Assembly: GCA_004322365.1 (NCBI GenBank)
Contig: SCTS01000006.1
Span: 70,201-134,200, forward strand
DNA: 64,000 bases
DNA from: Patescibacteria group bacterium
GTDB lineage: Bacteria; Patescibacteriota; Minisyncoccia; Phycocordibacterales; Phycocordibacteraceae
Direction of reading: 5' to 3'
Below the pieces are notes generated by a model. It made no database searches and was not told the origin of the DNA. It worked only from the letters and a program-made list of their open reading frames with translations. A program made the position numbers and the translations under genes. Below are positions 47,171-55,997 of this stretch, one piece after another (the stretch's first letter is position 1; each line of letters starts with the position of its first letter).

Positions 47171-49501
47171 CTATACACCAGCTGGAGGTTGTTCAGTAGG
47201 TGCAACGGTACCACTTTCGAATGGATTTTCGCCTTTTTCAAGAGCATCTATAACACCTTTTAAGGTTGCATTGTCAGCATTCTTTTCCTGAAGAGCTTTG
47301 AAGATTACAAGGGCTTCTTCCTTCTTACCCAAAAATACATCAGCTTGCCCTAGGAAAAATGACGCATTCGCAAAGTCGGGGGTAATGGCAAGTGCCGCCA
47401 TGAACGAAGCTGCCGCTTTCTCATAGCGCTTTGCCGAAAGCTCCAATAGACCGAGCTGATACTTCAGCGATGAATCTTGAGGAGTAAAGACAATGGCGGC
47501 ATTCACTGCAGCAATGGCATCATCAATCTTCCCCTCGTTCAAAGACAGCTGAGCCAATAGTAGGATCGCTGGCGTGTAATCTGCCTTCTTTGCAAGTGCA
47601 ACGAGAGCAGATGTGCGCGCACCCGCACTGTCATTTTTGAATGCTTTCAAGTTAGCAATGTGATAGTCAACTTCTGGACTACTAGGATTATACTTCCGTG
47701 CTTCTTCGAGAGTTTCAACTGCTTTTTCATAGGCCCCTTCAATCTTCAACGGAACAACGGTCTCATACACTGATGCCCGTGACATCCAGTTACTAAAACG
47801 CGTAGGGTTTGCATTTATGGCCGCAGTACTCGCAGTAACTGCGTCAGAAAGTCCAACTTGAAACGCATCTTGCGCAGCTTTATCTGACCCACCTTTCTGA
47901 ACGATTTCATTCAAGCGTGCAAGAGCTAGAGTGGTTAACATGCGGTAATAACGATCTTGAGGGGAAAGCGCTGCAGCTTGAGTAGCTGAAGCGGTCGCTC
48001 CCGCAAGGTCGCCTGCATTTGAACGCAACACTGTTTTTCCTTCTTGCAATGCACTTGCATACACTTCACCAGCACCGTACAAAGAAACTAACGAAACTAC
48101 GAGAGTTACCGCAACAACTAATACGGATAGAAAGCCGAAACGCGGACTCTCCGAGAAGACAATATTAATTGGGCGTGCAAATGCGGTGCCTTTCAGGGAC
48201 GCAATAAACAACCCGATGAAAAGGAACATAAGTAAGCTCAATCCCGCACTTGGCACATAGAAAATATGCGCAAGCATGAGGAACACTGAAGCAAGAGATG
48301 TCGCAGCAATTAAGAAGTACGATCTATCTTCACCTGCCGGCACTGTGAAAAGTGCACGAGCAGCAGTATACAAGAACCACAAAATGAAGATGAGCCATGC
48401 AAGACCAACTACAATCCCCCCGGTAATAAAGGAGGTCGGGATAGATCCAAAGCCTGCGGCGAAGTCAACATTCCAAAATGGCGTAGCAACAATCTCTGGC
48501 GCACGAGCAACAAGCCATGTTTGAGAGAATGTATTTGGTCCGGAACCTAGAAATGCATTCTTCTCATACACATGCTCTAAAATACCAAGAGTACCTTGCA
48601 TTGAAGGTCTCACTTCCAAAGATTGTACTTGGAAATAGTTCTGTAGATTATTTCCTAATTCGACACCAAAGAAGACAAAGAAAACTGCAATGACCAGCGT
48701 GAGACACGCCGCAATACCGCTTGCACGAAGAGTGTTCCCTAATGCCCTTCCACGATTACGCGTAAAGGTAAGAATAAGCATGACGAACGCCACCCCACCA
48801 AGGATGAGCCACGCGAGAGAAAAATTAGCAATTGCAAGAACAAACAACGCGAGGACGAGAGTTACGGACAGAACAATAAGCGCAAGAGCGGAAAGTGTCA
48901 GCGCTTCCATAGCAAGGAGTATGAGTGATGCAAGAAGTGCTATAAAGAGAGCAAAATCACTCCAACTACCAACAGTGTTTACTGCAGGTGATGTAAATAG
49001 AGCTGGCAAAATTGGACTCTTAAAAAACAATTGTATTGACTGGAATATCAATACAACCCATCCGGCAATCAAGAAGCCAAACAAGACAGAAAAGATTTGC
49101 TTTTCTGATTTTATTACGAGCGCAGTAACAATTGCTAGAATCGCTGCAAGTGCGGCGAAACTAAAGGTGTCCTGATCAAGTTGGTACCCGAAGAATGATA
49201 CGGATGGAACGGGAGAAAAAATTGATGCAATGAGATACGCCGCGGGCACGAGCAGTAGCGCAAACATAAATCGTGACCATGTAAACGACAGCGCACCTTT
49301 CCGGAGTGTCTGTACAGAAAAAAGTAGCCAGAGAACAACGAGAGCCACAAGGACAAGAAACACTTTTGAGAATTGAAATGGGAACGAAGCGTTCGGAATA
49401 AAGAAAACTGGAATTAGAAATGCAAGACCGACGACAATATACCCCGAGAGCTTGCCAAGAATAGACTGAGATTGAGTAACGCTATTTGTAGAATCCTGCA
49501 T
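47171..49501 (-). CDS. Polytopic membrane protein (O-antigen ligase-like) with C-terminal TPR repeats
   Basis: About 12+ TM segments, LGSGPNTF loop, TPR-like helices. Confidence 0.75.
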   Translation of the reverse strand: MQDSTNSVTQSQSILGKLSGYIVVGLAFLIPVFFIPNASFPFQFSKVFLVLVALVVLWLLFSVQTLRKGALSFTWSRFMFALLLVPAAYLIASIFSPVPSVSFFGYQLDQDTFSFAALAAILAIVTALVIKSEKQIFSVLFGFLIAGWVVLIFQSIQLFFKSPILPALFTSPAVNTVGSWSDFALFIALLASLILLAMEALTLSALALIVLSVTLVLALFVLAIANFSLAWLILGGVAFVMLILTFTRNRGRALGNTLRASGIAACLTLVIAVFFVFFGVELGNNLQNYFQVQSLEVRPSMQGTLGILEHVYEKNAFLGSGPNTFSQTWLVARAPEIVATPFWNVDFAAGFGSIPTSFITGGIVVGLAWLIFILWFLYTAARALFTVPAGEDRSYFLIAATSLASVFLMLAHIFYVPSAGLSLLMFLFIGLFIASLKGTAFARPINIVFSESPRFGFLSVLVVAVTLVVSLVSLYGAGEVYASALQEGKTVLRSNAGDLAGATASATQAAALSPQDRYYRMLTTLALARLNEIVQKGGSDKAAQDAFQVGLSDAVTASTAAINANPTRFSNWMSRASVYETVVPLKIEGAYEKAVETLEEARKYNPSSPEVDYHIANLKAFKNDSAGARTSALVALAKKADYTPAILLLAQLSLNEGKIDDAIAAVNAAIVFTPQDSSLKYQLGLLELSAKRYEKAAASFMAALAITPDFANASFFLGQADVFLGKKEEALVIFKALQEKNADNATLKGVIDALEKGENPFESGTVAPTEQPPAGV

Positions 49502-49670
49502 ACATTCTTTAGATATAACACTAATAATAAATGTGTATCTAAAAAGTGTATCATAAAAAAATTAGAGCTTAGATATAGAGAAAACCCTATTTTCTAGAGC
49601 ACATTTGGATTCAATGAACTAGAGAAACACCCCCGGCTTTCACCGAGGGTGTCTCAATTTTTGACGCATC

Positions 49671-50042
49671 GCACCGATAAGCCGAATTCTGTATCCAGCC
49701 TCAGTTTTATTTTCATATAACTGGGGCTGGACGGCAACCATTTATCTGGTTCCGACGTTACCGTCGGAATCTAGCGGCACTCCTCGCTTTCGCGAGGCAC
49801 GGCCTTGCACTCTGGTACGCATTTAGCCGTTGCATACTCACCTTACGGTGAATCTCATCCATTGTGATTTTTTCAAACCACAATGGAGCCCTTGGCTTTC
49901 GCCTCCGGCGTTTCTGTTCGCAGCACTCGTTCCTTGCGTCAAGGAAACGTGCGGGCGTTACCCGCTACCATCTCGTTACTACAAAGCAGTAACGATAAGT
50001 GTTCGGACTTTCCTCTCTTGTGAAAGAGCGATTACCTGGTGC
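49671..50042 (-). ncRNA. rnpB: RNase P RNA
   Basis: Minus strand has GAGGAAAGTCCG near the 5' end, AGTGC..ACAGAAA, GCAAG, and ACAGAATTCGGCTTAT near the 3' end; P1 GCACC/GGTGC; terminator hairpin at about 49624-49655. Confidence 0.93.
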
Positions 50043-50069
50043 TATTTATATTATACCACGCGTTTGATG

Positions 50070-50510
50070 TTAGCGCCACAGTGCGAGTATCAAAGACATC
50101 GCTCCGAATGTTGCAAGTTGATAGCCTGCGTTTATCGCCCAGTATAGCGCTGGCTTCCCTTCCCAAAAAACTGCATGGAGTGATGTCGCTGCGGTAAATC
50201 CAAGCCATGCCCAGAATGCAAACGCGAGGGCTTGAGGTACTGTTGCAACATCAAACAAAATCGCGAAATGTACCAAAACATACGCAGTAATAATCTGACA
50301 AAGAAATCCACCAATAAGACCAAAAGATGCGCGCTTCTTCCTCGCCTCCATTTTTTCAGGAGTCATGCCTGACGCTGCCATCCATTGCCTACCAAAGACA
50401 AGTGGCGAATACCAGATTAATCCTAATACCACTGCGGTAATAGCGGCAGCAAAAAGTGACAAATAATTAATGGTGACATCTTCCATATAAAAAATATTAT
50501 TGCTATTCAA
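50070..50510 (-). CDS. DUF1761-like membrane protein
   Basis: INYL, GLIWYSPLVFGRQWM, WLGF, INAGYQL. Confidence 0.8.
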   Translation of the reverse strand: MNSNNIFYMEDVTINYLSLFAAAITAVVLGLIWYSPLVFGRQWMAASGMTPEKMEARKKRASFGLIGGFLCQIITAYVLVHFAILFDVATVPQALAFAFWAWLGFTAATSLHAVFWEGKPALYWAINAGYQLATFGAMSLILALWR

Positions 50511-50545
50511 TACTCAGTATAACCTACACTCGTGTCTCACTACAT

Positions 50546-50797
50546 CTATATCCGTCGCAAGGCTTTAACGATTGCAATAAGTACAACAGCCCCAATAACA
50601 GCAACTACGAAACTACAGAGATTGAAGCCGGTCACTGGTTGTTCACCAAAGAAAGTCATAAGCCAGCCGCCGATGACAGCGCCGATGATACCAACGGCTA
50701 TATTGAGTAATGCACCCTGTTCTGGGTCAGTTTTCATAATAAGAGAGGCAACCCAACCAACTAATGCACCGAAAATAATCCAAAGTATGATTCCCAT
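50546..50797 (-). CDS. GlsB/YeaQ/YmgE stress-response membrane protein
   Basis: WIIFGALVGWVAS, NIAVGIIGAVIGG, VAVIGAVVL. Confidence 0.92.
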   Translation of the reverse strand: MGIILWIIFGALVGWVASLIMKTDPEQGALLNIAVGIIGAVIGGWLMTFFGEQPVTGFNLCSFVVAVIGAVVLIAIVKALRRI

Positions 50798-50832
50798 ATA
50801 CGGTTTTGTTTGTAAAAAATTTAAATAACAAA

Positions 50833-51192
50833 CTACTTACTTTCTTGCTCGTCTAATTTGACCGCAGCCTCAGGAGTAGAAACTGTCTTTCCGATGAGAA
50901 ATAGTTTGATAACACCCACAGCTATAACCCAATAGACCAGCATAGCGAGCAAGGTGGTCCACTCGAAGATACTTCCTTCAACATAGATGACGCGAAACAC
51001 ACTCAAAAATGGAGCCGCAAAGAAGTTGGTTACCCCATAGATGAAACTGGTGAAGCCAGCAGTGGGATTTGCTGCAAGCAACTTCAAAACAAATCGAAAC
51101 AAAAGTAAGACTTCTATAAAGCCGAGAATATACCAAACAACCTGTGTCCCTCGATATAACGGCTTAGTGGTTGGAGAATTAGATGAGTCCAT
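50833..51192 (-). CDS. YggT-like membrane protein
   Basis: LLLFRFVLKLLAANP..FIYGVT..PF..TLLAMLVY. Confidence 0.75.
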   Translation of the reverse strand: MDSSNSPTTKPLYRGTQVVWYILGFIEVLLLFRFVLKLLAANPTAGFTSFIYGVTNFFAAPFLSVFRVIYVEGSIFEWTTLLAMLVYWVIAVGVIKLFLIGKTVSTPEAAVKLDEQESK

Positions 51193-51235
51193 ATACTTTT
51201 ACTATAGATTTAAAAAAAATAATTACATACTCTAA

Positions 51236-51261
51236 GTCGTTGTGAAAGGAATATTGTTACA
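51236..51261 (-). promoter_or_regulatory. ECF sigma-type promoter for the yggT-glsB genes
   Basis: TGTAAC-N16-CGAC on minus strand. Confidence 0.65.
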
Positions 51262-51287
51262 AAAGTAACCACTGCATACACTCAACA

Positions 51288-51860
51288 CTAACCCTTGAGT
51301 TCATCAATTTCTTCTTCCAATCTTTTTATATGAAATTCAAGCTTCTGGGTTCGTGCAAGAAAAGCACCTTCAGTCTGATTCGCATGTTTGGCAAGCGTAT
51401 CAGCAACAGCCATAATTTCTGTAACATCCTCCATTGCTAAAAGAGTGATCGGTGGGCATGGGGCCAAAGTAGTATCTTCTTTACAATAAATCTCACGCGC
51501 ATTTACCATCATGACCTTAGGACCAATGAAAGGAAAATTATGTGCTATTTCATACCCTTTAAAAAATTTATTTTCTGGCAAAATATCTTCAAGAAGTCTA
51601 TGTAGGGCAGGAATATTCCATTGACCATTGCCAAGTCCATAGACAATTTTTCCTTCAGCATCTTTTGCTTCAATTTGAAATGCCTGATAAAAAGGCTCAT
51701 TCGCCACAATCACACGAAAATCCTTACCTAGCACTAAAACCGGCTCTCGTACAATACCTATAATAGTTTTAATGTATCCCCAGCCTTCCTCCCCTACCTG
51801 TTCAACAAACATAGCCCCAGCCTGAAGGCTGCGAGTTAAGTCTTTTGTGTTTGTACTCAT
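51288..51860 (-). CDS. Stand-alone PAS-domain protein
   Basis: VREPVLVL..DFRVIVAN..FY, LGNGQWNIPAL..LLEDILP, LLAMEDVT. Confidence 0.8.
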   Translation of the reverse strand: MSTNTKDLTRSLQAGAMFVEQVGEEGWGYIKTIIGIVREPVLVLGKDFRVIVANEPFYQAFQIEAKDAEGKIVYGLGNGQWNIPALHRLLEDILPENKFFKGYEIAHNFPFIGPKVMMVNAREIYCKEDTTLAPCPPITLLAMEDVTEIMAVADTLAKHANQTEGAFLARTQKLEFHIKRLEEEIDELKG

Positions 51861-52064
51861 AACAACTAAGCCGTTTATATGAAGTAACTATTGCAAAAAA
51901 GGCGAAGTGAGACACGGGTTCTGATATGTGTATACTTTAGATATATCTCCCTCGGCTTTGCCATCTCTTGTAATGCTGGTGTAATAAAAGCTCCGTGCAG
52001 TTACATGAATACCAATGCAAAATATGACTACATTCCCTACAGCGGTCATCTCTTGTAATGCCTA

Positions 52065-52090
52065 TGTAACAAGACACCCCCTCATTCGTC
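52065..52090 (+). promoter_or_regulatory. ECF sigma autoregulatory promoter
   Basis: TGTAAC-N16-CGTC ending 7 nt before the sigma ATG. Confidence 0.7.
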
Positions 52091-52097
52091 TCTACTT

Positions 52098-52613
52098 ATG
52101 ATGACCCCACGACAAAAAAAACAACGACAAGAAATATTGTCTGTGGCGCATCATGATCACGAAAAAGCACTCAACGCCCATGCTTTTTTTAAAGTGCACG
52201 ACCACGCCATTGGCGAGGATTTAGTGCAGGATACCTATATGAAAACATGGAAGTATCTAGTGAAAGGAGGAAAAATCGATACGATGAAAGCATTTCTCTA
52301 TCACATCCTCAATAATCTCATCATCGATGAATACCGAAAACATAAAACAACTTCGCTGGATGCCATTCTTGAAAAGGGTTACGAGCCAAGTGTTGGTAAC
52401 ACCGAACGAATGTTTAATGCGCTCGATGGTAAGGCAGCACTCTTGTTAATTGCAAAACTACCTCCCACCTATCGCAAAGTTATGCGTATGCGATATGTAC
52501 AAGATTTATCGCTTAAGGAAATATCTCTTATTACAGGACAATCAAAAAACACTGTCGCGGTGCAAGTACACAGAGGAGTAGAAAAAATGAAAGAACTGTA
52601 CGGAATTAAATAA
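52098..52613 (+). CDS. ECF RNA polymerase sigma factor
   Basis: EDLVQDTYMKTW, AFLYHILNNLIIDEYRK, LPPTYR..LSLKEIS..NTVAVQVHRG. Confidence 0.92.
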   Translation: MMTPRQKKQRQEILSVAHHDHEKALNAHAFFKVHDHAIGEDLVQDTYMKTWKYLVKGGKIDTMKAFLYHILNNLIIDEYRKHKTTSLDAILEKGYEPSVGNTERMFNALDGKAALLLIAKLPPTYRKVMRMRYVQDLSLKEISLITGQSKNTVAVQVHRGVEKMKELYGIK

Positions 52614-52639
52614 ATTATACATATAAAGAAATAAAAAAT

Positions 52640-52771
52640 ATGCTCTGGACACTCATACTCGTCTTAATAATTCTTTGGGTTCTTGGATTTAATTTTAAAG
52701 TTGGAGGTGGCTTAATCCACACACTCCTCGTTATTGCATTGATTTTGGTTATTATTCGACTATTGACCTAA
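52640..52771 (+). CDS. lmo0937-like small membrane protein (43 aa), not in ORF track
   Basis: MLWTLILVLIILWVLGFNFKVGGGLIHTLLVIALILVIIRLLT. Confidence 0.85.
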   Translation: MLWTLILVLIILWVLGFNFKVGGGLIHTLLVIALILVIIRLLT

Positions 52772-52785
52772 GTAGCTACTCGTTC

Positions 52786-53232
52786 ATGAAAAATAAACTA
52801 CTCTATCCGATTGTTCTAGGTACTCTTTTGCTTCTGTCGATTGCTAATATCGTCTTATTCGTTCTTCTGCTACAGGTCAAAAACCAAGTCGCCGATGGGG
52901 CAGGTCAGGCAGCGAGCGCGGTAGAGCAAATGCAGGCGCAGTCTCTCACAGGTCCTTTTACCGTGCAGATTGCAATCGACAAGACCTTTGATATCCCCAT
53001 TAAAGTCAGTATTCCCGTTAAAACTACCGTGACCGTGCCTATCGTGATTCCGGTCACCGGCGAACAGGTCAGCATCACAGTCCCCATAGATACTGTAGTA
53101 CCAATAGATACGACAGTGCATGTGCCCGTCAAGACGTCTCTTCCGGTAAACATTAAAATGAGCGATCTACCTATTGGCGGTATTTTGCAAAATCTCCACG
53201 ATTGGCTAAGCAAACTAGCCTCTAGTCTCTGA
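52786..53232 (+). CDS. Membrane-anchored hypothetical protein with repetitive beta-strand segment
   Basis: TM helix; IPIKVSIPVKTTVTVPIVIPV..VPIDTVVPIDTTVHVPV. Confidence 0.7.
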   Translation: MKNKLLYPIVLGTLLLLSIANIVLFVLLLQVKNQVADGAGQAASAVEQMQAQSLTGPFTVQIAIDKTFDIPIKVSIPVKTTVTVPIVIPVTGEQVSITVPIDTVVPIDTTVHVPVKTSLPVNIKMSDLPIGGILQNLHDWLSKLASSL

Positions 53233-53290
53233 GTACCTGTCTGAGGACATATTAGAAGTGTATCTATCAACTTATTTCCAATAGTAAATA

Positions 53291-53309
53291 TTGCGGGTGG
53301 AGAAATTCA
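53291..53309 (-). repeat. Degenerate copy of the tRNA-Ser(GGA) 3' end
   Basis: ttgcgggtggagaaattca versus ttgcggaggcggagagattcg. Confidence 0.5.
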
Positions 53310-53331
53310 GTCACAGAGAATTTTTTACCAC

Positions 53332-54159
53332 TTAAACGCTCTTGGTTTCCGATTGCAACTTAAATTCGCCTCTATCTAGATGCGCAGAAAATTCACCCAT
53401 GAGGCCCCAAAATGAGCGAGCCTTACCTCGAAGAAATGAAGTCCCTTGCCCTTTCCTCATAAATTTCTCTAAGTCTTTAGATTTGTCTGCATACCTCGAC
53501 TGCAGAAGCATCGGTTTGTTAGCAGAAGATTCGACGACCAATCGAAGAATAATTTCTTCTTCATGTCCAGCAAGTTCGGTTGGTATTCCTTGATTGTCAA
53601 AAAGATTCCTCGCCTCTGTAAGTTGTGCCTCAAATGTGACCTGTGCTGGATCACGAAGTGTACCGGTGCGAAAACGCGTCATAGCAACGTCAGGATTGGT
53701 CTGCCCCTCCTGAAAACGCACTGCCATTAGGTTACACACCTGTGGGCGGATATCACCTTCACGAACAAGCTTCCCCTTTCTCGGGCTTCTATTTAAATAA
53801 TGCTCTGGGTCAACAAACAATAACGTTGCCCCTGTATCATTCCTATCAATAACAAAATAATGAGGGTGTCCTGTACCTTCTTTTGTGTCACCAACGTAGT
53901 CTCGAGTCACATATGTTCCAGGAGGAAGAAGTTGAACTTTTTTCCATAATCTTTTTTGGAAATCTTCGCTATCGCCCAGTGGATTGAAAAGATAGTCCAC
54001 AATAGGAAGCTCAGAAGTATTTGGCGGAATAGACACTTCTATTTTGAGTGGTGGTCGAGTAGTAGCGACTCCGTCAGCTACATCCCACATAACATTCTCA
54101 CGAAGTTTGCGAGCAGTCTCCCCTAACCCACGTCTGCTTATACTCTCAAGAAAACCCAT
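53332..54159 (-). CDS. Hypothetical protein
   Basis: 275 aa ORF with TATGAT 6 nt before ATG; no family recognised. Confidence 0.7.
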   Translation of the reverse strand: MGFLESISRRGLGETARKLRENVMWDVADGVATTRPPLKIEVSIPPNTSELPIVDYLFNPLGDSEDFQKRLWKKVQLLPPGTYVTRDYVGDTKEGTGHPHYFVIDRNDTGATLLFVDPEHYLNRSPRKGKLVREGDIRPQVCNLMAVRFQEGQTNPDVAMTRFRTGTLRDPAQVTFEAQLTEARNLFDNQGIPTELAGHEEEIILRLVVESSANKPMLLQSRYADKSKDLEKFMRKGQGTSFLRGKARSFWGLMGEFSAHLDRGEFKLQSETKSV

Positions 54160-54210
54160 TCAGGAATCATACCATAAAATAGTAAACCAATCTGTCAATT
54201 CCTGAAATAA

Positions 54211-54236
54211 TTGCGGGGGTGGAGATTCGGTTCTCG
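54211..54236 (-). repeat. Degenerate copy of the tRNA-Ser(GGA) 3' end
   Basis: ttgcgggggtggagattcggttctcg versus ttgcggaggcggagagattcgaactctcg. Confidence 0.6.
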
Positions 54237-54257
54237 TAATTGAGCTCGATGGCTCAC

Positions 54258-54668
54258 TTACACTAAAACAACACAATAAAAAATGACGACGGATGATACG
54301 AAAGATAGAAGGCACCACGCACACCACTGCTTCAGTATCACTTGGACAAATAGTAAATATACACTGAACGCCATCGCGAGAGAGGTGACAAAAGTGAGCC
54401 CTGTACCTATCGGGGCGGTGATAATTTCTGGAATCATTATTGCTGTTCCATATATGAGTGCAAGAAATCCGTAGTAGGAAAGACCAATAATCTCTATGGG
54501 AACACCAAGAACGGATGCATATTTACTATGTATTACGTCCTCGCAATTAAAATGTATCGGACACACAAGTATTTCTTTCCGTGTCTTCTTATGGCGAATG
54601 TACACTGCAACAGCAAGACCACAGAGAGATGCCAGAAAAATTATTCCATTGATGTATTCAAAATGCAT
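54258..54668 (-). CDS. Vitamin K epoxide reductase (VKOR) family protein
   Basis: C....CEDVIHSKYA..LGVP, four TM helices, WCAWC redox motif. Confidence 0.9.
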   Translation of the reverse strand: MHFEYINGIIFLASLCGLAVAVYIRHKKTRKEILVCPIHFNCEDVIHSKYASVLGVPIEIIGLSYYGFLALIYGTAIMIPEIITAPIGTGLTFVTSLAMAFSVYLLFVQVILKQWCAWCLLSFVSSVVIFYCVVLV

Positions 54669-54733
54669 GTGTCCTATTCTAACTTAGATTTCGCGCCAAC
54701 CATATTTTTGACGGAAATTTGAATTCCGAATTT

Positions 54734-55052
54734 TGGCGGAGGCGATGATTCATTTGATGCTTCATCACCCTGTTGAGGGTTACTGGCGAGTGCGGAGAGA
54801 TTCGGCTAAGCGCTCGACATTCTGTCCTGGGTTGTCAGACGACGCTCAAATCTCCACCTGCCCACCTATGGCTTGCCTACGGCATAAGCCATTTTCGCTT
54901 TGCGAAACCGGAAGAAACATGAAGCAGTTCATGTTTCTTCCACCTCGCATCACCCTCGCCTGCTGGCTCGGGTCCCGATGCTCACTTCGAATCTCTCCGC
55001 CTTGCGCAACGGCGAACAAAAAAGACGCATACGCGTCTTTTTTGGCCGATTG
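54734..55052 (-). other. tRNA-trailing inverted-copy element (Ser-GGA)
   Basis: 54986-55002 is an inverted 17 bp copy of the tRNA 3' end; split direct copy at 54792-54804 and 54734-54744; multiple hairpins. Confidence 0.8.
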
Positions 55053-55137
55053 CGGAGGCGGAGAGATTCGAACTCTCGGTACCTTTCAGTACGCCACCTT
55101 TCCAAGGTGGTGGAATAAACCGCTATCCGACGCCTCC
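55053..55137 (-). tRNA. tRNA-Ser(GGA)
   Basis: GGAGGCG/CGCCTCC acceptor, CCACC-TTGGAAA-GGTGG, long variable arm. Confidence 0.95.
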
Positions 55138-55425
55138 CTTGTCCTTTTATATACCACACTGGGAACTTGAACGCAGAATCCTAAGTACTACAAGAGGAAG
55201 TGCTTTGCTAAAAGCACTTGAAAATATGAAGCCAGATACTATAGAAAAACGACTACTGAAATCAGTACCTGAAGCAACGGGATATTCCTACACACTGCTC
55301 TCAAATCGACAAAAGCGCCGAGATAGATTTTTTATTGAACTGCGTATCGTGCATGAGACAGAATTTGTTTCCCGTGCGCACACGAGGAGCTCTTTCCAAC
55401 ATAGAGAAAATGTCCCACAAATTGC

Positions 55426-55482
55426 TTTTGTGTAACCTTCCAACACTTCCAAAAGTTATATAGGTGAAAGGTCGAAATTTTA
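55426..55482 (+). promoter_or_regulatory. Duplicated upstream motif, copy 1
   Basis: ttttgtgtaacctt-N15-gttatataggtgaaaggtcga. Confidence 0.6.
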
Positions 55483-55506
55483 TAAAAAAATAAATTTTTA
55501 AACTCT

Positions 55507-55629
55507 ATGGCAGAAGTAACTAGTTCAGAAAGAATGTTCGGTGCACGACTAGGGGGTCAGTCCTTAGAGGGTCGTAAAGGAGCAGCGCTTCTTGCTGAAT
55601 TTTTTGGACGCTCGCAGAAAGTTGGATAG
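55507..55629 (+). CDS. Small protein (40 aa), not in ORF track
   Basis: MAEVTSSERMFGARLGGQSLEGRKGAALLAEFFGRSQKVG; upstream motif; downstream hairpin at about 55635-55674. Confidence 0.55.
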   Translation: MAEVTSSERMFGARLGGQSLEGRKGAALLAEFFGRSQKVG

Positions 55630-55719
55630 CGACCGTACACACAACAAGCGAGTACACTCGCTTGTTGTGTGTACCTTATTCCCCATCTAGGGGAATTTTT
55701 TATTGCACAACAAAGTCGA

Positions 55720-55776
55720 TTTTGTGCAACCTTTGCGTGAAAACTTGAGTTTTATAGATGAAAGGTCGATTTTTAT
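55720..55776 (+). promoter_or_regulatory. Duplicated upstream motif, copy 2
   Basis: ttttgtgcaacctt-N15-gttttatagatgaaaggtcga. Confidence 0.6.
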
Positions 55777-55797
55777 CAGCCCTCATCTTTCACCCGT

Positions 55798-55953
55798 ATG
55801 GCATTTGAAAAAACAAAAATCATAGGAGTTGCTGCAGGTGCGGCAGGAGCAACCGGGGTGGTAGAGACCATAAAGCACCTAGGTGTAGAGGTTGGTGTGC
55901 ACGCGGTTGCTGGAGCTGGTCTGGAATTTGTAAAACACCTTATAAAACTTTAG
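55798..55953 (+). CDS. Small Gly/Ala-rich amphipathic protein (51 aa), not in ORF track
   Basis: MAFEKTKIIGVAAGAAGATGVVETIKHLGVEVGVHAVAGAGLEFVKHLIKL. Confidence 0.55.
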   Translation: MAFEKTKIIGVAAGAAGATGVVETIKHLGVEVGVHAVAGAGLEFVKHLIKL

Positions 55954-55997
55954 AGGTGTATATATCTGAAGAAGTGATTTCGTATACGAGTATTCTA

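Noticed and set aside
55139-55435. Small ORF divergent from tRNA-Ser(GGA)
   Set aside because: No recognisable features, and its end overlaps the duplicated promoter-like motif; not supported enough to call.
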